57,853 nt of DNA from contig BFEA01000036.1 of assembly GCA_003427395.1 (NCBI GenBank), positions 2,948,949 to 3,006,801 of the forward strand, in the 5' to 3' direction. The DNA is from Chara braunii (taxonomy: Eukaryota; Plantae; Charophyceae). Below the pieces are notes generated by a model, which was not told the DNA's origin, made no database searches, and saw only the letters and a list, made by a program, of their open reading frames with translations. The first letter of the stretch is position 1. The number at the start of each line of letters is the position of its first letter. Made by a program: the position numbers and the translations under genes. Below, one piece after another: positions 50,905 through 57,853 of the stretch.

Positions 50905-51880
50905 CAAGTCGATTTTATAGAGAAATATCTTGCACGCCTGGAGTAAACTCAGACCCCCTTCCCTTAAGGAACCAGTCACCTGTGGGAAAATCATGAACCA
51001 TCCGCTGTTTGACAATCCCCGTGTTCTCCGCAGTCGTGGCGAAGTCTTCTTAGCGGCTGAAGCGCCTGGAAACTTTGGAAAAGCATGGGTTCCCCAGGGA
51101 GTTATTTCGCTCCGGGACATCTGGGATGAATCGAGTAATGATTGGATTTTAGTAGACATACTTAGAAGAAAGCTACCAAGGCTGCACAATGTGAAATTAT
51201 ATTTTGAGATCCTGAAGACGACAATTCCCGCTACCTGGATCTCTTATCTTAAGAGACCGCAATCTCCTACGAAAGATACATGGCTCGTTTCACCCCCGAG
51301 ACCCAGATAGTACCTACATGTCTTGGGAATTACCACGCCAACACATACCAAAATTCTGAGATGGATATAACAGACCAACTCTAAATCTAACAATCTCCCG
51401 AGATTAACGGAGGAAGAAGTTCATTGGTCCAACTGAACACATACATGGAAGAGGTCAAGGTGTAGGTTAAGATAGGCCCAACCGGGTACAGGCGGTCGTA
51501 AGGCTTCCTCATATAAGGTTGACCCCTTCATCTGTGGATGAATGGATGTAGAGAAAGCAGGGGCTTTCCTCCCAATGGAACATCACAACACCAAAATGGG
51601 GAGGAGGATTCAGTTGAATAAGGTCAAGAACCCTCCCCTTGTCAAAGCGAAAAAGAGATGGGAGGGGGTCATTCCTCACGTCCCGTCAAACGATTAATTC
51701 TTGAAGCTATGGGAGCAGCGGTGCCACCTACCGGAGCAAAAAACCGTCATCCTTTTATGGTTGCAGTCCACGCAGGCGATCCCTTCAGCAGCTTTGCTTT
51801 CTACTAAAATGATTCCTCTTCCATTAACCTGCTGTCGTTGTGACGGGGCCATTGAGACTACTGATCATCTCTAAATTGGT
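50905..51880 (+). pseudogene. Third L1-like ORF2 C-terminal fragment
   Basis: HPLFDNP..GVISLRDIWD matches QPLFNN..GVIIIKDIWN of copy 1; CCRCDGAIETTDHL zinc finger. Confidence 0.8.
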
Positions 51881-52106
51881 TGCAAAAAAAGAAAAACATT
51901 GATACTTGCCTCAGCGTTACCCCTGAATTCCGTACCAAATTTGAAATAAAAATAAAATAGGAAAAACAAATAGTAATAAGAAAAATAAGAAAAAATATAA
52001 CGATAATTAAAATTAGTGGGTGGGCAAGCACATTTTCGACACAACCATCTTTGCTGATTTTCATTTTTTGTTCGGATAGCCAAATGCCCCGAAAAGTTGT
52101 GAAAAC

Positions 52107-52482
52107 CTACGTAGCACCATGCTCGCGTTCGGAGGCGAACACGAACATGTTCGCCCGAACGCGAACAAGCGCCCAAAATCCTCCGAACGCGAACATAAAA
52201 AATATTTAAAAAAATAAAAATAAAAATTATCCAAAACATCTGAAAAAACTATATGTTATGTAAAACGACAATACAAGCAACTTTTGCCTTGGAGTCATGT
52301 TCAAATTCATAGCCAATCATGAGTTAAAAATGAAAAACCGAAAACAAAATCATTTTTTATTTTTATTTTTTTTACGAAAAAAATTACGTTCGCCCGAACA
52401 TGTTCGCGACTTGTTCGCGCGAGCATGCGAACACGTTCGCGCGAACGTGAAGGGGTGCGAACACGTTCGCCGTGCTACGCAG
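52107..52482. mobile_element. MITE with CTACGTAGCAC ends, nested in an older hAT-like remnant (about 51880-52620)
   Basis: Perfect TSD GTGAAAAC; ends CTACGTAGCAC...GTGCTACGCAG; host sequence resembles the reverse of 19064-19837. Confidence 0.9.
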
Positions 52483-52689
52483 GTGAAAACATACATATGT
52501 GTATTTCAGACAATATAAATCTCATGGAAAAAGTTTCAGAAAGTAATAAAATATTTGAGGCACCAAAATAAAATCAAACACAAAGTAAAAAGTGAAAAAA
52601 AAAAACACAAATAAAAGGGTCTTTGCGATTCAGACCCCAAATGAGTGCCCCAACACAGTGAGGCCTGATGAACACAACTTAATTTCACG

Positions 52690-54176
52690 TGTAGCATTCC
52701 AAAAGACAAGTACTCTTAGGCAAAGTTCACATCCAAATGAAAAGGAAAAGTCGTGTGGAACGTCACAGTCAGGTCCTGGACCAACAGGCACCGTGTTTTG
52801 TTTTAGTGCTAAAGATAAGGTCACGTATGTTCAATAGTAAGTCAAAGGGCGCAGTCCCAGGCCAGTCACAGTTCCCAGGGGTACGTCTGATTCAGTCCAG
52901 AAGTCCAAGAGACAGGCCCGATGACCACAACAGCAGCAGACCATGGGAAAGGGTACTGGGACACACATTTTGCATGGGCAGGTACTGGGTAAGAGTCCCA
53001 GGTGACGGGAGGCTGGACTCAGACCTCATTCAGTCAGTCCAATCGTATAAAGGACCAGACCAGCCTCCCATTCGGCAAAGACTCATTGGCATGAGAGTGT
53101 GGAAGTGCTGAGGCACTTGTGAGCCAGAATGCTAGTGAACTGCGCAGGCTAGAGAGCTGCACTAAGGAAGAAGAAGGGAGCTGGCCGCTGGTTGAGAGAA
53201 GCAGCCATAACTGCGCTAGCAGAAGTTAGTAGCAGTAGAAGGGTTAGTAGTAGGAGTACCAGTGAGTAGTATTCAAAGTAGATCGTCATGTGACAAGGAG
53301 TGTGCATGCGAGATGAGTGTGAGTAGACCAGGACTTTAGAGANAGACTGAGAGAAGAAAGACAAGGAAAGAAGAGAGAGAAAAAAGTTATGGTGTTACTT
53401 ACCTGTTGCGCGCCATTCTTGATGATTGGCAGCTGACGCTGATATGCGTCAGGCCAGGAATTCACATTGAATGAAGAAGACTTGTAATTATGTGTGGGCT
53501 ATACGTTTTTGAACTCGTGATTCTCTCTATTAAATTTGGTTGTGATAATTGAATTGCGCTATCGGGTGACCACTCATTTTACTTTGAGCTTTGTGTGAGG
53601 CTACACAATCTGTGTGATTTGTATTCATGCATGCAATGTGAAACACTCCAGCAAGTGGTGAAGAGTCGGGTTCCTTGTAAATTTGGTATCAAAGCAGAAC
53701 TTGTTACTCTCACTAGCTGCACTGGCATGATTAAGGCTGACGAGAAGGAGAAGAATATGCTGGTTTGAGGTTGTTGGCAATAGGAGAATAGAAGGAAGGA
53801 CGTTGGATTGGAATTGAGGGGGAAGATTGCCGAAGAAGAAGGTGCTGAGGAGGTGAAGAATTACCTGCGAATTGGACCGTTGGAGCGAACGTGGAGACTT
53901 CATCGACGGTTACAAAGAAGAGAAGCACCTCCCACCCTCTTACCTGGCTGACTGTGAATATGTGTGTCATGTACTTACCTTCCCCCTCCTCTCTGGTGGC
54001 CGCTGCTGCTGTCAGGTCAAACACCTCTGGTCTGGTCTGGTCTATAGGTCAGGGTTGTGGAGTCTGGGTTATGTTAGAGAGACTCGGGGTAAGTGTATGG
54101 TCTCATCGCCTTGACATCTTGTNTGATAAGTGGTAGAAAGATAGGATTGAACTGGGAGTGGTGGCAGTGTGCCACG
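52690..54176. mobile_element. Possible solo LTR
   Basis: Ends TGTAGCAT...GTGCCACG (decayed inverted repeat); flanks CACG/CAAG; TATAAA near 53046; no coding signal. Confidence 0.35.
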
Positions 54177-54679
54177 CAAGATTACAGGTGACACATGCCG
54201 TGAGCGAATTGATCTAAATCGAGGTACTATTCCAGTATATGTGACATTGTGATAACTCCAGTCAACTCTTGCGCATAAAACCTGTCATCCATATTTATTA
54301 GTACTTGTAAAGAAACACAACCAGACAAACGCAAGCATAATGAAAGGTGTCGAAGTGAAAGACAGACAGCAAACAAAAAAAATAAAATTATATTCTGCGT
54401 TTGATTAGCAAAAGTTATATTTATGAAATTCATTATCTTGAAGCAACGACATCTAGACTTAAAAAAAAAAGACCCCATCCGCTCAGAAAGTAGACTAGGA
54501 TCCAAGTAGATGCTTGGTGGGACAGTGGAGGCCACCCCTGTGCGGCACCCCATCATGGATAACTATCCAAAGTTCGGTATGGTGACCCTCTCCATTATGT
54601 TGGGGCCACTGTACAACCTCTTCTTCCCCCTTGGCTTCGGGAGGGTGTGCTTCTCCCATATGATGATGAGATGAGGCAA

Positions 54680-55470
54680 GATGAAGCAAGGGTTGTCTGC
54701 GGCAGAACAAACAAAAGTGGATAGCCGCATGGCAGAGAAGCAGAAAGAGTAAATATTAAAAAACAAACAAAAAGAAGAATAGGTAAAGAAAGTAAAGGAA
54801 GAAAGAGAAAAATTAGAAAAAGAAATGAAGGAGAAAGAAAAAAAGTTGCAGGAAGANTTGAAGGTGGTTGAAGAAANAGAAGAAGAAGAAATTGAACCAG
54901 AGAATGNTGAGAGACNGTACAGACACCGAACAAAAAAGGGTGAGACCAGTGAAACTCGTGGCATAAGAATAAAGTTGGAAGCTATGAACGGGTTGGACCA
55001 ATTTGGCTATAAGACAGAAATGTTTGTTAAGTGAGATGAAGAGAGGGATATTTTTATCTCAAAATTGGCCGAAACCGCAGATCATGCGGAGAAAAATACC
55101 ATGTTGCAAGAAAAGAAAGCAGAACTAAATAATAAAATGGTGGCTGCAAAAAGGCAGGAAATTTGAAGAAAAGAAAAGACTGAAGGAAGAGTGGGAGAGG
55201 TTTCAGCAGCAATCGCAAGAGCAAAAGGAACAATAAGCTGCCACAGATGAACGACTGTCCCTCCTCACCGATATCCTCCTCCACACCAACAAAGAACTCG
55301 CTGCGTTGTCAAAGCAAGTGCACAAAGTAGAATACCACCAGTTTGAATTTGAAGGCGTTTGGAACTCCTTCCTGCATAGATCTGAACAGGAAGTAGATAA
55401 ACATATAATAGTCTGTGTATAAAAATTAGATGAACAAATAAACAAAAAATTATCTGACCCCGCCATAGTA
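54680..55470 (+). pseudogene. Decayed Glu/Lys-rich coiled-coil ORF, probably derived from a retroelement gag
   Basis: EKEMKEKEKKLQE..EEEEIEPE with many stops; family assignment is inference. Confidence 0.4.
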
Positions 55471-55479
55471 AAGAAACTA

Positions 55480-56273
55480 TCCATCGTATTCGCACTGTGC
55501 CACAGACAAATCCACCTCACCGACCTTCCTCCTAGCTAATCTTCTCACTTCGCCTATATGCACTCGCTGGTCATACTTGATTCTACAAATCAACCTCTTT
55601 CTGATATTAACCTTGTACCTCTTGGCAACCACCCCGGAAATCAAGTCAAATCATCATTCTAACCGACCATCTACTTTCCTTCCTAGTAACCCCCCTTGCT
55701 GCAGTGTACAACGCAGCCAGACCTTCAAGACTCATCTGATACAACTGCACACGCTTCCGCCTATTCCTTATCGACAAAAAATTCCTTCTTCTACACAATT
55801 CCCTGCTTTGCCACCCGTATCTTTACGACAGTGAAAATTCCCCCTTTCTGGAACAACCACCGACAGTGCTTCAACTTTTTATACTCCCCGTTTCATCGGA
55901 CACTTGTCACGCCAAAGTTGGTGGCCAAACCTTCTTTTCACAATTTTCCATCCCTCCATCCAGTGTCGGTCCCGTGAACGTGACCGGCACCGGTCACTTG
56001 AACGGGACCGGCCGGTCACGGGGGCCGACTGTGAACGGCCCGGCGGACGTTCATGGGGTTTCCGCCCACGTGGGGCCCGGTGGGGGCCGGGACGGTCAGG
56101 ATCGGGGCGGGTGGGGGGTGGTGCGAGGGCCTTCTACACCCCCGTGCCTTCAAAAAAAAAAAAAAAAGAATGGGGTGTGTGGAAGAAAATAAGATAAAAT
56201 GTTTGGGGGGTGGAGGTGGGTGGGGTTCGGGTAGGGCCCTGGCAGAGAACGTAGCGGGGAAAAAAAAAAAGAT

Positions 56274-56328
<55 letters not shown>

Positions 56329-57235
56329 AGACGGACCCGGTTGAGGTTGGTGCTTTATTGCACCACGAAATAACCTACAAAACAAAAAAAATCGAAATAA
56401 CCTATAAAATAACAAACGAAAATGCTTATTTTGGCTGGCTGCATTTTGTTTTTCGTTTTTAGTTAAAAAAACAAATTTTTTCTTGAATTTTTTTTTTTGA
56501 AAAAAAATGGGGGGTTACCCTACGATGACCCGCACCCTCCTATAAAAAAAAAACACTCCCCCCACCCAAAAAAAAAAAAAAACCGATCCTGCTCTCCGTG
56601 AACTCCATGAACTCCCATGTCGTGAACTCCGTGAACTCCATGACCTCTTTCCGTCCACACACCCCGTGAACGGAGAATGGGGGAACGGCACTGCCTCCAT
56701 CCATGCATCACCCCTTCCGCTTTCACAAACTACATTATCTTGGGCTTCCCTTTCTTCCAAACACTATCAATATTCATCCTCCATTTTTCACCCTCAAATC
56801 GGATCTTCACCGGGTTGAGCTGTGCCTGGTCGGCCACCAATGCTCTTATTCCGTTGATAGCCTCCCACCTTCTCTCCCTCTGACTCTTCTTACGTTTTCG
56901 ACCGTGCTTCTTTCCTAGCCTTCGCGGGTTCAAACTTGGCTACCAATGTTTGATACATAGTTCCTCCCGCGCGAGCGGATTTTCTGCCTGATCACCAATT
57001 AAAGGAAGACACACGTAACTTGTCCAACCTCTTCAAGCCAGCCAGCGATACAACCAATTATTTCTTCCCCCCGTCTCACTTTCAACAATCCCGGACTGCT
57101 CACTCAATCTCTCCCTTAAGGTTCTCTCGTTTTTTCCTTCGTAGAACGCTGGACAGTATGGGCACAGCAATGCATACACACACGATCTTGGCTCCTCGAG
57201 TTCTATATGTCCGCTAGCGAATTGTGCTTCCAACG

Positions 57236-57238
<3 letters not shown>
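55480..57238 (-). mobile_element. PLE fragment (GIY-YIG plus linker), family A
   Basis: CVYALLCPYCPAFYEGKNERTLRERLSEQ; aligns with 29560-31155. Confidence 0.85.
55961..56693. mobile_element. hAT-like non-autonomous element
   Basis: Ends CAGTGTCG...CGGCACTG; perfect TSD CCTCCATC; CCGTGAAC subterminal repeats. Confidence 0.9.
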
Positions 57239-57327
<89 letters not shown>

Positions 57328-57518
57328 TGACACACACATGCGCGCCGCCCTTGTGTCCACGTCCGTGGAGGCGCCCGGTTCTGTCGCGTTTGCCACACAC
57401 CGTGACTCTCGACCATAACCTGTCTCCCTCTCGCCCTCCCTCCCTCTCTTTACACTTCCACGTGGCATTGCTGGATTACGCCTCGTCCATCTGGACATCT
57501 CTCCGTCCCTCCCTCCCT

Positions 57519-57585
<67 letters not shown>

Positions 57586-57756
57586 ACCCCGGACACTGCG
57601 GACAGAATGCGTCCCGACAACGATGTACACAATAATCACAATTGATGTTTTCCGTCAGATGCAGGCATTATCGGGGTGCGTTGTGTTCCATGTCCATGTG
57701 CCGCTGTGCGGGCTAACACCCGCCCAACAGGGCCAGCGCCGCCCAGTTCCCCCCGT

Positions 57757-57853
<97 letters not shown>
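57239..57853. repeat. (CT)n/(CA)n microsatellite-rich region
   Basis: Directly visible. Confidence 0.9.

Overview
Gene-free, transposon-dense eukaryotic DNA; the element repertoire and microsatellite load suggest a charophyte green alga (Chara-like), which is an inference. It contains three decayed L1-like LINEs and at least six pieces of Penelope-like retroelements (PLEs) with GIY-YIG placed N-terminal to the RT. One PLE has an upstream ORF with a Gag-type CCHC knuckle. There is also a Harbinger-type DDE transposase pseudogene, a Ulp1/C48 SUMO-protease pseudogene inside a TIR element with 4-bp TSDs, many nested MITEs (8-bp TSDs with CT...AG or CAG...CTG ends), a probable solo LTR and long microsatellites. 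The best signal is three divergent type I hammerhead ribozymes (8900-8983 minus, 14071-14141 plus, 37214-37270 plus), each tied to a PLE end. All three have complementarity between loop II and the sequence just 3' of stem I, suggesting a conserved pseudoknot. Two N-joined tandem duplications look like assembly artefacts. All alignments and folds were done by eye.
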